The position numbers were made by a program, and so were the translations under genes. Shown one piece after another: positions 1 to 13,760 of a DNA stretch of 64,000 nucleotides (position 1 is the first letter of the stretch; every line of letters starts with the position of its first letter). The notes under the pieces are model-generated. The model did no database searches. It saw only the letters and a program-made list of their open reading frames with translations, and had not been told where the DNA came from. The stretch lies in assembly GCF_009914755.1 (NCBI RefSeq), contig NC_060930.1. One strand, written 5' to 3'. The stretch comes from the human T2T-CHM13v2.0 reference genome, Homo sapiens.

Positions 1-697
1 ACAGTGTATGAAGAGACAATTTTATCATTTTATATAATAACTTAAAACATATTTGCCAAATTGAAAGTCTCAAAATAGTCTCACTGTAATATTATTATAA
101 TTTTTTTTTTTGCTTACAAGAGAGGCTAAGCCTTTTTAATGTTTTTTGGCTATTTGCCTTTCTTTTGCTGTGAAATCTTACTTGCTACTTGTCCAGACTC
201 AATTATCGCTTATTCTTAACTAGTGATAGAATTATTTTCCTCTGACAGAATCAACAAGATCATATTTGAAACTTTAAGTGTTTGTTCTTGAGGATTGTCA
301 TATGTATGATAGATTTATTTTCTCTCTTTGCTTTTATCTGAATAGTTTTGGGGATAGAGAAAAGCATGAATCAGTCTGTTATCATGGATTTGATCCCCAA
401 GTGAACTAATTAGTGTCTTCATGTTCTATGGCCACTTAATGCACTTATTTTCAGGTCAGTTCATTATAACAGTACCAGGGGAGGGAGAGAGGATGATTTA
501 ATGCAAATCCTTCTTCACAGATAAAAGAGAAGAAGCAGAGCATTTCTAGCTGGTGTAAAGGTGAGGGTCCTAGAGCCCTGCTTGGTCTCCCCTTTGCTTT
601 CCTCCATATTTGCCTCTATGGTGTCTCTGTGAAATCTTAAGTTTTCAAGAATCACAATATAAAAACCAGTATGAAGTTACACTATTTATAAAAGATG

Positions 698-740
<43 letters not shown>

Positions 741-766
741 CACACATATATATATATATGTATATG
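698..766. repeat. Compound microsatellite (CT)n-(TA)n-(CA)n-(TA)n
   Basis: Directly visible dinucleotide runs; explains the LSLSL/YIYIY stretch in ORF 610..834. Confidence 0.95.
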
Positions 767-1749
767 TGAGGCTCCAAAATATAAAGAAAGGTAGTAATAC
801 CTGTTCAACACTCACTATATTATCGCTGCTTTGATTAGAGAGAAAAACATATAAGAAAGTTTTTTGCAAACTAAAAGACTCACATATACGATGAATATTT
901 CAGAAAAAAAACAGTAATATTCATAATGTTCTTTTCATTCTGGTGCATTTTGAGTAAAAAGGGAAAGGCAATAAGAATCAACAACAATTACCTAAACTGC
1001 CTAATGTAAGTATGACATATGGCCACTTTCCAATTTGACTATGTCCACTCATTCTGTGCTGTTTTACATTATAGGAAAGAGAATCAAGCATTCTCAAAAA
1101 AAAAAAAAAAATGCCAATTTTCTCCATTACTAAAATGCAAGTTTATTGGCTAAGTAAGTTATTTACATTGATGGAATAGCAATATAGCTATGCTCAAAAT
1201 GACTTCCAACCTTAAGAGATCATGGATTTTGAATATGATGTGATAAGTGACTCTTTTTAAGAAGCAGGCAAGCCCTAGCAAAATAACAAAGCATTGTCTC
1301 TTCAACAACTCCCTGTTCTCTGTTGTTTCTCTCTCCTTTCCTCAACTCCCTCCCCATTTCTGTGCCTTTTGGGTTTTTGAGCCTCTGCTATGGTGTACAG
1401 TCAGGTGTGGTTTCAAGGGCAAGGCCTGAAGATACAGTTCTTTCTTAACTTATATATACACATCTAAGTCCTTACAACTTCCTCTCTTGAGAATATAGAA
1501 AATAGTACTTAGCTAGCTCAACTCAAAAACTGGATCAATTTGCTAATCAAAAAAATCATAAAAATTATTGTGTCATCTCATCAAGGTATTATTCCTTTAT
1601 TCATTTATGTAATAAACACTTATTGATTCTCTTTCATATTAGATAAATCAAATAAAATGAGGTGAGAGAGACTGACAAAGAGAACAGTATGTGCCAGCCG
1701 CAGAAACAGAGATCAAAATTTGCTTTCAAATTAAAGTGGTTCTGGATAG

Positions 1750-3160
<1,411 letters not shown>

Positions 3161-3419
3161 TTTAAAGTAATTCATTGTGGCTGTAGCAAAAACAGTAAGA
3201 GGAAGTAGCAATATAGGAGAAATGGAGAAGTAAAAGCCGGCTTATAAAGGAACTACTAAGACCTACTCGTGAGGTTATAGTTATGTGTTTAGCTAAAGAC
3301 AATTTTCAAGGATTTCCAGTCAGCATGAAGAGTAATGAGGAAAGGTATATTTGGGTAAAGTGGTTTATTTACAGCTCTTCAAAAATTACATTTTAAAACT
3401 TTTAAATTCTCACCAAAAG

Positions 3420-3750
3420 TTGAAATAAGTAAATCATGGGATATTCACACAATGAAATATAGTAACAAGAATCAAAACTCTGTAGTCACATGCATATGAA
3501 TGGACATATCAATATAATGTTGAGCAAAAGAAGCCAGGTACAAAAGAGAACAAACTATGTAATCTCTTATTGAATAAAAGCAGAGAGGATACTTTTGTGG
3601 TGTTGAAACTGAGAATAGAGATACCATTGCTGGTAATGTAATGAAGAGAGTACAAAGAAAATTTCTGGGGTTAACCTACACCCTTGTGATATATGACAGC
3701 ACTGTATGTATATTACTCTGCAACTGCATGTTTTTGAAGTATACCATTAA
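3420..3750 (+). mobile_element. Ancient L1 (L1ME/L1MC-like) 3' end fragment
   Basis: ATATTCACACAATGAAATAT..ATAATGTTGAGCAAAAGAAGCCAG..ACAAAAGAGAACA pattern typical of old L1 3' ends. Confidence 0.65.
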
Positions 3751-4346
3751 GAAGGTGACTATGAGTTAGCCTAATTATGCACACCTATGAGTAAGAGAAA
3801 AGGAGAGGAGCAAATAAATAATTCAAAAATCAGAAAATGTTTAGACTGTCATGGCAGTGTTGACAGCAGTGGTAGTAATATTTGTTTTGTTTTGTACCAA
3901 TCAGAATATGTAAATTGCAGAAAGCTGAGCTGTAGAAATTGCACAAGGACTACCTCTCTCAGTCCGTAATGCCACAGGCCAGGCAGTTTCCTGAGGCATA
4001 TTCTCTAGGGCTCTGGTGGGCTCTGTTTTCACTCACTCTGTGGATAGAATTCTCAGAGCCCAGGACACAAAGAAGCTTCAAGTGAATGATAACTTCAGCA
4101 AATGCTTCATCTCTTATTCCTTCTTTTCCCATTTTGCTTACAGTCAGGCATATCCTAAAGGTATGTGAACTTTCTTTTACACAGCATTTACTGTGTGTCA
4201 TAGAGCACAGTCCCTTGATATGAGAGAGGAATAACTAACTTATTTATTAGCACTTAAAGGAAAATTTGACAGTTATTTGAAACTTGATTGTAAATGCTAT
4301 TGAATTATGGCTATTTTCCCTTTTCTTTCTAGCAACAAACTTCATA

Positions 4347-4347
<1 letters not shown>

Positions 4348-4387
<40 letters not shown>

Positions 4388-4459
4388 CACATATATATAC
4401 ACACACATTATGTATATACACTATGTATATACACACTATGTGTGTATATATATATATAC

Positions 4460-4491
<32 letters not shown>

Positions 4492-4627
4492 CTATGTGTG
4501 TATATATATATATATATATACTATGTGTGTATATATATATATATATACTATGTGTGTATATATATATATATATACTATGTGTGTATATATACTGTGTGTG
4601 TGTATATATATATATACACACACACAT
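4348..4627. repeat. Higher-order tandem repeat: (TA)n followed by six CTATGTGTG(TA)n units
   Basis: CTATGTGTG at 4436, 4459, 4492, 4521, 4548 and 4575, each followed by a TA run of variable length. Confidence 0.95.
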
Positions 4628-4849
4628 AATGTTTGGGGTTAAATTGGAGCAATGTAGCAATTGCAATTTCCCCCACTGTTAGAAATGATACTTTTTTTCC
4701 TTTATATTTTGTATCCTCAGTAGATTATTCTCCCAGGATACACTGATAATTATTATAATCACCTAGTATAAAGAATAACCAAAAGCATAATGACTCACAT
4801 AAATAGTGGTTAATTATAAGTAAGAAGATGATAGTTAGGTACTTCATAA

Positions 4850-4940
4850 ATGATACAGATAGGCAGATGATAAATTAGACAGATAGATAGATACATAGAT
4901 AGACACATAGATATACATAGATAGATATCCAGATAGATAA
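4850..4940. repeat. Degenerate (GATA)n tetranucleotide repeat
   Basis: Interrupted AGAT/AGAC/ACAT units. Confidence 0.85.
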
Positions 4941-5849
4941 TTCTCTATTTACCAAATAAATGGGAACAGGAAGCAACTCTGGTTGTTGTCCAGGCAAGAA
5001 TGGTTAATTTATTTTAGTTTCACATAAATATTCCAAAATTGGTGTTTTAATACATCTTGTGACCAAATGCTTGTTCTCTTTAAATGATTAGGCTTTACCC
5101 ATATTGGTGATGCAAACATCACCAATAAAAGACAGATTCTGCTCACACATGCTAAGTCAAACTCCACAAATGGATCAAAGTTATTAGAATTCTTTCAATG
5201 TCTATCTTCTTATATAGTTTAGATGGTTTGGATGGTGCAAACATTCAGCCAACTTGTTGCCATAAAAAAATGTATATATTTGTTGGGGAGTGAACGTGTT
5301 CTTTGTGATCAATTAATGCCCCTCTCACGTTTTGTCAACGCAAAGGGAGCTGCATATTTTGTAGTTTTTATTTAATGAACCAATTATATTTATGCCCATT
5401 AAAAATAATAATAAAGGTCACAATATTACCTTACCTTATATTTGACTTGCAAAGGATATACGTGTTGGTGTCACAATACCATATCCTTCTACAAGTGCCT
5501 ATTGGCACAGAATGCATGGGCTATTGAAGCTTTATTGAAAATCTGTTCTCTGATCTCCTTTTAGAGGCTTATCTCCCAGAAGTTTATTGGAGGCATCTTC
5601 AAGATTTACAACCTCATTTTCTCCTATTGTTTTTTATATATATTGTCTAAGGCCCAGCCTCAGTTTCCCTTTTTCTCTTTCCTCTAAGAAACATTCCATA
5701 GCTAAGAGTCTTAAACCCACAGATATCACTCACTCTACTAAATTCATAGCCCCTCCAAATTTTAGAGCTAGCAAAAATCAAGAACTTAACAAAATGCTGA
5801 TCTAAAGTAAGCATTCAATAAGTAATTGTTGAGTAACTATTAGTTAAAT

Positions 5850-5950
5850 AATTTCATCTAGTCTCCTCATTTTACAAGTGTGGATCAAGTAGGTTAATTG
5901 ACTTGCTGAAGCTCAGTTAGGCAAGATCTCCTAATTCTTAATCCAGGGTT
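5850..5950 (-). mobile_element. MIR fragment
   Basis: CTCATTTTACAAGTG..GGTTAATTGACTTGCTGAAG is the reverse complement of the MIR core. Confidence 0.55.
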
Positions 5951-6129
5951 GTTTCAACCTATCCACAAGTCATTTCTACTTCTAAACAGTTTTGGCTTCT
6001 CCATTACTTTGACTACTTATCATATATCTTATCATATGTCTTAAATGAATGTGTTTAGAGATAATCTCATCTGCTATCTCTAATAAGCTGTAATCTTCTT
6101 TATATCTGTGTTACAATTGGAGCATTCAT

Positions 6130-6130
<1 letters not shown>

Positions 6131-6161
<31 letters not shown>
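6131..6161. repeat. (GT)15 microsatellite
   Basis: Perfect run. Confidence 0.98.
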
Positions 6162-6162
<1 letters not shown>

Positions 6163-7439
6163 CCATTTGTCTGTGATCACCATGGGAAAAATAAAATGTA
6201 TAAAATAAAACACTTGAAAATTCTTCCAGAAACTTATATTTAGTGGCAGCCCAGAAAAATCTCCCTCAACACCCAAGAACTCTATTGGTTCTTACCCCTT
6301 TCAAGAGGGCTAAAAAGGGGCAGAGAGCACCTGATATACAGGTGTAAAAATATGGAAAATGTATTTCCAAAGTTCGCATGGCCCAAAACTGCAAATTTGG
6401 CTAATAGTATATGAACAAGGCTATCCAATTGGTCAAAGAAAGTAGTAAAGGGTAAATTTAACTTGGTCTTAAAAATATGTAACTATTTATAGCATGTTTA
6501 TGACATCTCATTATTGGGCTTGGTAATTCTAATTGCCTTTCTGGGCCCCCTTAGATACTTCCTATATTTTATCATATAATTTCCCCTTTTAAATAGCCAA
6601 GGTGCTATGGGAAGCTTCTCTACAAATGCAGTTAAATATTTGCTTGCCCCCCTAAAAAACTATCCTGCAAAGAAAGATAGCCAACAGCTCCAGAATCCAC
6701 AATTTTCTGGGTAAAAGCATGTCATATATAGAAGAGAATAACAAGGAAAGTAGGAAACCTAGTCTCTTCTCTTGCAATTCTGACTTTTCAGACTAGGGTA
6801 ATTTGGGAGAGAGTAAAACAACATGATACATCACTGAAACTCAGCTTGTCTCCCTTTCTCACAAATGAAAACCATAACAAGTCAAAAGGTTATTAAAACT
6901 TCAAAATATTCTAAGGTAGTGTGAGGTTAAAAAGGGTATTTTTATTTGCCCCTGTTCCTGCTGGTACAGAACCACCTTAAAGACTTCCTGCATGGGAATA
7001 TTTGGCAATCTGAGCACAATTAGAGGGTGAGAATCTATTCTTGTCTCCATGAAGAGAGATGTTAAACTTTCAGCTATATTTTTGGAAATTGAAAGGGCCT
7101 GGAATGACAGAATTGTACACTGTAGTGGCTTTAAATGCCAAGCTGGTTTACCCCTCAAGTCACTTGCCAAATTGTAAAGCTGTGCATGGCAAGACATTAA
7201 AGAACTAAGCTGGAAATTTCTTGACACCTATACTCTAGAAAATCAGATGAACCGTGGTTGACTGAATCTTACCCACCTGCAGTTTAGCCTTAACCCAGGC
7301 CAGTTCATAGTCTGATTAAGGTGAGCAGATCCCCACCCTAACTGCCTAGCAAAGGAAAAGGAAAATCTTCTCTGATGGTAAATAAGTAATGGCCAAGTAT
7401 TTTACAATACTATTTTTTGTTGTTGTTGTTAATCAATGC

Positions 7440-7663
7440 TCAGATTCAGGAAGTTCTGCAAACCCCAACAAGAATAAGCCCTAAGAAAATCAAACCATCA
7501 AACCTAAATACCTCGCACATAAACTGCTGAAAACTGAATAAAATCTAAAACACAGCCAGAGTAAAAGGATACATTATTTTCAGAGGAGTACAACAAAACT
7601 GACAGTTGATCTCTTAATGAAAATATTGGAATTCAGAAGACAATTAAACCGCATCTTTAAAAT
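7440..7663 (+). mobile_element. Ancient L1M ORF1 fragment
   Basis: AAACCCCAACAAGAATAA..AAACTGCTGAAAACT..CAGCCAGAG..CTGACAGTTGA..CAGAAGACAAT..CATCTTTAAAATG follows the L1 ORF1 RRM/CTD pattern. Confidence 0.6.
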
Positions 7664-7689
7664 GTTCACTTTCACTTCACTTTTATATA

Positions 7690-8050
7690 CTGTGTTAATT
7701 TTTAAGATTTTTTTATTCCTTATCTCCAAACCTTCCTTTTTATACTCAATTGTGTGCTACTAGGGCTGGGAGTCTAGAACGTACGTTTCAGCTTTCCAGC
7801 TAAGTTTCTGTTAGGTTCTTCCAATAGGAAGCACTCAATGAAGAGTGCAAGGCCAAAGGACAAAGCCTGTTCCTTTCTTTTTGGCTGCTGCCACAGCCAC
7901 CATACCCCAGCAACAGGTCTCCCCATTAGTGATAGTTCATTTCAGTCTCCAATTTCTTCACTGGATAAGCCTTATTATGCCCCCAAAAGAGGGGTGGCAC
8001 ACCCTCCTAAGAGGTCTGAGTGTCAGCTTTGCAGAGTCATTTCTCCAAGC
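7690..8050 (+). mobile_element. Old ERVL-class LTR fragment (LTR33-like)
   Basis: TTCTGTTAGGTTCTTCCAATAGGAAGCACT resembles the recalled LTR33 core; highly diverged. Confidence 0.4.
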
Positions 8051-10352
8051 TTCTCAATGCTAAAACTCCCAATATTCTTCAATACACGTGCTACAAATAT
8101 ACAGATCCATACATATGCAAGCACCCTGACTATTCACAAAAAGACTTTTGTAGCAATGTTTTTGAAAGTGACCATCTGGTCATAGTAAGGCACTTTGGTC
8201 ACAATTTTGACAATTGGCCTGCATTTTTAAACAAAAAAAAAAGTAAAAATGATCTATCTGCATACTTTTTTAGAATGTGTAGTCATGAATAAAACTGTAA
8301 TATAAAAGTACCTGTTTAGAAAGCAAAATTCAACACAAAAATCTCAATAAATGGTGGTGATCTCTGGCAAGCAAAACTACAAATAATATTTTTCACATAT
8401 TCTTAGTTTGTAATGCTACAATCATGAAAACAATGCACATTTTAAATTATTTTAATAATGTTGTTAATATAAAATTAATCAATATATGAGCAGCTTTAAA
8501 ATAAATGAACACCCTATCTAGACACCTTCACTATTTTTTTTCCTTAGTTATCTTGCTTTGTTTCTCTATTAGTCTATTCTCATGCTCCTAATAAAGACAT
8601 ATCCAAGACTGGGTCACTTATAAAGGAAAGAGGATTAATTGACTCACAGCTCAGCATGGCTGAGGCCAAAGGAAACTTACAATCATGGTAGTAGGGGAAG
8701 CAAACACATCCTTCTTCACATGGCAGCAGGAAGGAGAAGAATGAGTGCCCAGTGAAAGAGGAAGTCCCTTCTAGTTTTATAACTAACAGATCACAGGAGA
8801 ACTAACTCACTATTATGAGAATAGAATGGGGGAAACTGACCCATGACTCAATTATCTCCACCTGGTCCCTCCTATGACATGCGGGGATTATAGGAAATAC
8901 AAAATGGGATTTGTGTGGGGACATAGCCAAACCATATCATTCCACTCCTGGTCCCTCCCCAGATCTCATGTCCTCACAATTCAGAACACAATCATGCCCT
9001 TCCAACAGTCCCCCAAAGTCTTAACTCATTCTAACATTAACTCAAAAGTACAAGTCCAAGGTCTAATCTGAGGCAAGGCAAGTCCTTTCCACCTATGAGC
9101 CTGTAAAATCAAAAGCAAATTAGTTACTTCCCAGATAGAGTGGGGGTACAGGCATTGGGAATATGCACCCATTCCAAATGATAGAAATTGGCTAAAACAA
9201 AAGGGCTACAGTCTCCATGCAAGTCCAAAATCCAATAGGGCAGTCATTAAACCTTAAAGTTTCAAAATGATCTCCTTCGACTCCATGTCTCACATCCAGA
9301 TTATGCTGATGCAAGAGGCGAGTTCCTATGGTCTTGGGTAGCTGTACCCCTGTGGCTTTGTAGGGTACAGCCCACTTCTTGGCTGCCTTTACAGTCTTGC
9401 ATTGAGTGTCTGCAGCTTTTCCAGGTGCATGGTGCAAGCTGTCGGTGGATCTAACATTCTGGCATCTGGAGGATGGTGACCCTCTTCTTACAACTACATG
9501 AGGCAGTGCCCCAGTGGGGACTCTGTATTGGGGCTCTGACCCCATCTTTCCATTCTACACTCAGATAACTGCTCTAAAAGACATTCTCCAAGAGGGCTCC
9601 ACCCCTGAAGCCAACTTCTACCTGGAATCCAGCCATTTTCACACATCCTCTGAAATCCAGGCAGAGGTTCCCAAACCTCAGTTCTTGACTTATGTGCACC
9701 CACAGGCTCAACACCACATGGAAGCTGCCAAGGCTTAGGGCTTGCACCCTCTGGAGACATGGCCTGAGCTGTACCTTGGACCCCTTTAGCCACAGCTGGA
9801 GTGGCTGGAATGCAGGGCAACAAGTCCCTAGGCTACACACAGAAGGGGAATCCTGGGCCCAGCCCAAGAAATAATTTTTCCCTCCTAGGCCTCTGGGCCT
9901 ATCAACAAGGAGGGGCTCCCAACAAGGTCTCTGACATGCCCTGGAGACATTTCCCCATTGCCTTGGTGATTAACATTTGGCTCCTTGTTACTTATGCAAA
10001 TTGCTACCACAGGTTCAAATTTCTCCCCAGAAAATGAGTTTTTCTTTTCTATTGCATTGTCAGGCTGCAAATTTTCCAAACTTTTATGCTCTGCTTCCTC
10101 TTGAACACTTTGCTGCTTAGTAATTTCTTCCACCACATACCGTAAATCATGTCTCTCACGTTCAAAGTTTCATGGTCTCTAGGGCAGGGGCAAAATGCTG
10201 ACAGTCTCTTTGCTAAAGCATAACAAGGGTCACCTTTGCTCCAGTTCCCAACAAGTTCCTCATCTCCATCTGAGATGAGGTTGGACCACCTCAGCTTGGA
10301 CTTTATTGTCCAAATCACTATCAGGATTTTAGTCAAAGCCATTCAATGAGTG

Positions 10353-10730
10353 TGATATGATTTGGCTGTGTCCCCACCCAAATCTCATTTTAAATTGTAG
10401 TTCCCATAATTCCCATGTGTCATGGGAGGAAGCTGGCGGGAGGTAATTGAATCATGGGGGCAGTTACCTCCATGCTGTTCTCATAACAGTGGGTGAGTTC
10501 TCATGAGATCTGATGGTTTTATAAGGGGCTGTTCCCCTTTTTTACTCATTCTTCTTCTCCTTGCTGTTGCCATGTGAACAAGGACATGTGTGCTTCCCCT
10601 TCTGCTGTGATTGTAAGTTTCCTGAGGCCTTTTTAGCCATGCCTAACTGTTAGTTGATTAAACCTCTTTCCTTTATAAATTACCCAGTCTTGGGTATGTC
10701 TTCATAGCAGTGTGAAAATGGACTAATACA
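10353..10730 (+). mobile_element. Solo THE1C/THE1D LTR nested in opposite orientation inside the THE1 internal region
   Basis: TGATATGATTTGGCTGTGTCCCCACCCAAATCTC...GGACTAATACA; host sequence GCCATTCAA..|AAGTCTCTA resumes after it; diverged TSD GAGTG/AAGTC. Confidence 0.93.
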
Positions 10731-10925
10731 AAGTCTCTAAGAAGTTCCCAACTTTCCCACATCTTCTTGTTCTTCTGAGTCCTCCAAACTCTTCCAACCT
10801 TTGCCCGTTACTCAGTTCCAAAGTCGCTTCCACATTTTCAGGTGTCTTTACAGCAGTGCCCCACTACCTGGTACCAATTTACTATATTAGTCTGTTCTCA
10901 CACTGCTAATAAAGATATACCTGAG

Positions 10926-11218
10926 CCAGCGTGTGCAGTGGCTCATGCTTGTAATCCCAGCACTTTGGGAGGCCAAGGCAGGCAGATCACAAGGTCATGA
11001 GATCAAGACCATCTTGGCCAATATGGTGAAACCCCGTCTCTACTAAAAATACAAAAATTAGCTGGGCATGGTGGCATGTCTGTAGTCCCAGCTACTTGGG
11101 AGGCTGAGGCAGGAGAATCTCTTGTACCAGGAAGTCAGAGGTTGCAGTGAGCCGAGATCACGCCACTGCACTCTAGCCTGGCAACAGAGAAAGACTCCGT
11201 CAAAAAAAAAAAAAAAAA
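10926..11218 (+). mobile_element. AluSc-type SINE inserted in the THE1C 5' LTR
   Basis: Sc-type GATCACAAGGTCATGAGATCAAGACCATC and CCTGGCAACAGAG; 15-bp TSD AAAGA(T/C)ATACCTGAG at 10911-10925 / 11216-11230. Confidence 0.93.
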
Positions 11219-13014
11219 GACATACCTGAGACTGGGTAATCTGTAGAGAAAAGAGGTTTAACTGACTCACAGTTCAGCATGGCTGGGGAGGCCTCAGGAA
11301 ACTTAAAATCATGGTGGTAGGGAAAGCAAACATGTCCTTCTTCACATGGCAGCAGGAAGGAGAAAAATGATTGCCCGTTTAAAGGGGAAACCCCTTATAA
11401 AGCTATCAGATCTTGTGAGAACTAATTCACTATCATGAGAACAGGATAAGGGAAACTGCCCCCATGATTCAATTATCTCCAACAGGTCCCTCCCATGAGA
11501 TGTGGGGATTATGGGGACTACAAGATGAGATTTGGATGGGGACACAGCAAAACCATATCAGTTTCCTAGAGAATGAATTCATTTTTCATTTTTGGACACA
11601 AGCTTTATACACAAGGCTACATTTATTACCTATGCACCAATATGCCTACACTTATTATTTATAGCCCTTATCCATATGGTTGGTTCAATAATTTTAATGT
11701 CACTATTTTTCAGTAGTTTGAGCCTTTGTTCCCCTTGTTTCCCTGATTGGCAAAAAGCATAGGTGTCCTTATTAGAAAATATTTGTCTATTGACAATTAA
11801 GAGTTGATGATAGGTTTTGCTAGTAAAATATCTCCTTTATCATTTGTGATTAGAAATTATTATTCATAGTATCTGTCAAGATTTCCCTTATCATCTTACT
11901 AATATAGTATTCGGTTTGATAAAAATTGGGAGAACAGAGAGAGTGTTTCTAAGGAGGAGAAGAAGAAAAAGTGGTGACTGCTCTGGTCAGTTGGTTCTGC
12001 TATTTTTCCTATACCAGTTTTTATCTCCTCATTCCATTAAACTTGCTTCTATAAAACCATTCCACAGAATCACACACATCAAGATATATGTGACTGCTAT
12101 GACCTAACTTATTCTTTTTCTCAAAGTTACAAATTTCCCCACAATAAAAAATTGATTTGCTAAAAACTTCAGAATTTGTGTACTGATTCTATTGACCTGT
12201 TTATTATATCCTATTTATTTAAGTCTGATGTAATATTATTATTAAATAATTTAATTATATTTTGAGGTGATTTTTCAACTTCAACATCTAATTTTCATGA
12301 TGTTTTCCTGGTTCCTCTGCATGATGTGGTCTGGGTATAAGATGAATAGTTTACATGACCTCATGGCATTGGGTGAAAGGGGAAATCCACCTCATGTGCA
12401 CCAGTTAGTAACCTTTCAACGATAACTGATTCAATTTCTGTGCATTCTTATGGTTCAAACTGCCACTATTTGCAGATAATAGAAATCATTGTGTGGTCTT
12501 TCTCTGGCCTTTGGTGTTTGCCAGTACTATACACTTCTGCCTTGTCTTCCATAATGTCTTCTGTCCTAAAATAGCCCACCTCAGCCTTTGCATTGTATTA
12601 TCTCACTTTCGCTACTGCTTTCCCCACTAATGAGTGAGCAAGCACACTCATTAGCCACACACTAATTGGCTGGAATTTTAAACTTGAACACTGTAGTCCT
12701 GGAATGCAATTCCATGCTCTTCACTAGATGGAATCATCCACTGTCAGTACTGGATTGCTCTGCACACTTATCTTTCCTTATCGCTCAAGATGGAAGAAGA
12801 CTAGTGCCCTTCACATCTTTATTTCATAATATACCTTCTCATTCCAGGTGGGAATTAGCCACGTTTGTGCATCTAATGTCTTCTACTCCTTTTCTTTATC
12901 CCTTAATTCCCTGTGTGCAAGGGTTAAACTTCTTTCATTTCCTTCCTTTTGGTCTTTTCCCTAACTTCTTCTACATGTGCCATAGAGAAAAACATGTTGT
13001 CTAACATCCAAACC

Positions 13015-13760
<746 letters not shown>

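Larger units (their letters stand above)
8565..11560 (-). mobile_element. Full THE1C (ERVL-MaLR) provirus: LTR 8565-8939, internal 8940-10882, LTR 10883-11560
   Basis: Both LTRs read T(C/A)TATTAGTC...AAACCATATCA (reverse complement of THE1); internal region ends GGTACCAATTTAC; perfect 5-bp TSD GTTTC at 8560-8564 and 11561-11565; minus-strand ORF scraps are MaLR-int-like. Confidence 0.95.

Noticed and set aside
4436-4600. Repeat-spacer pattern resembling a CRISPR array
   Set aside because: The repeat is only 9 bp, the spacers are just (TA)n, there are no cas genes and the DNA is primate.
4284-4682. 132-aa and overlapping Y/I/V/C-rich ORFs
   Set aside because: Translations of a stop-free TA/TG microsatellite.
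7273-7345. 73-nt minus-strand exon-like segment (TTTTCCTTTTCCTTTGCTAG ... TGG|GTAAGA)
   Set aside because: Lies in probable antisense old-L1 sequence, where such signals arise often; no independent support.
9192-10342. Cluster of 60-117-aa ORFs
   Set aside because: Fragments of the decayed THE1 internal region, not a host gene.
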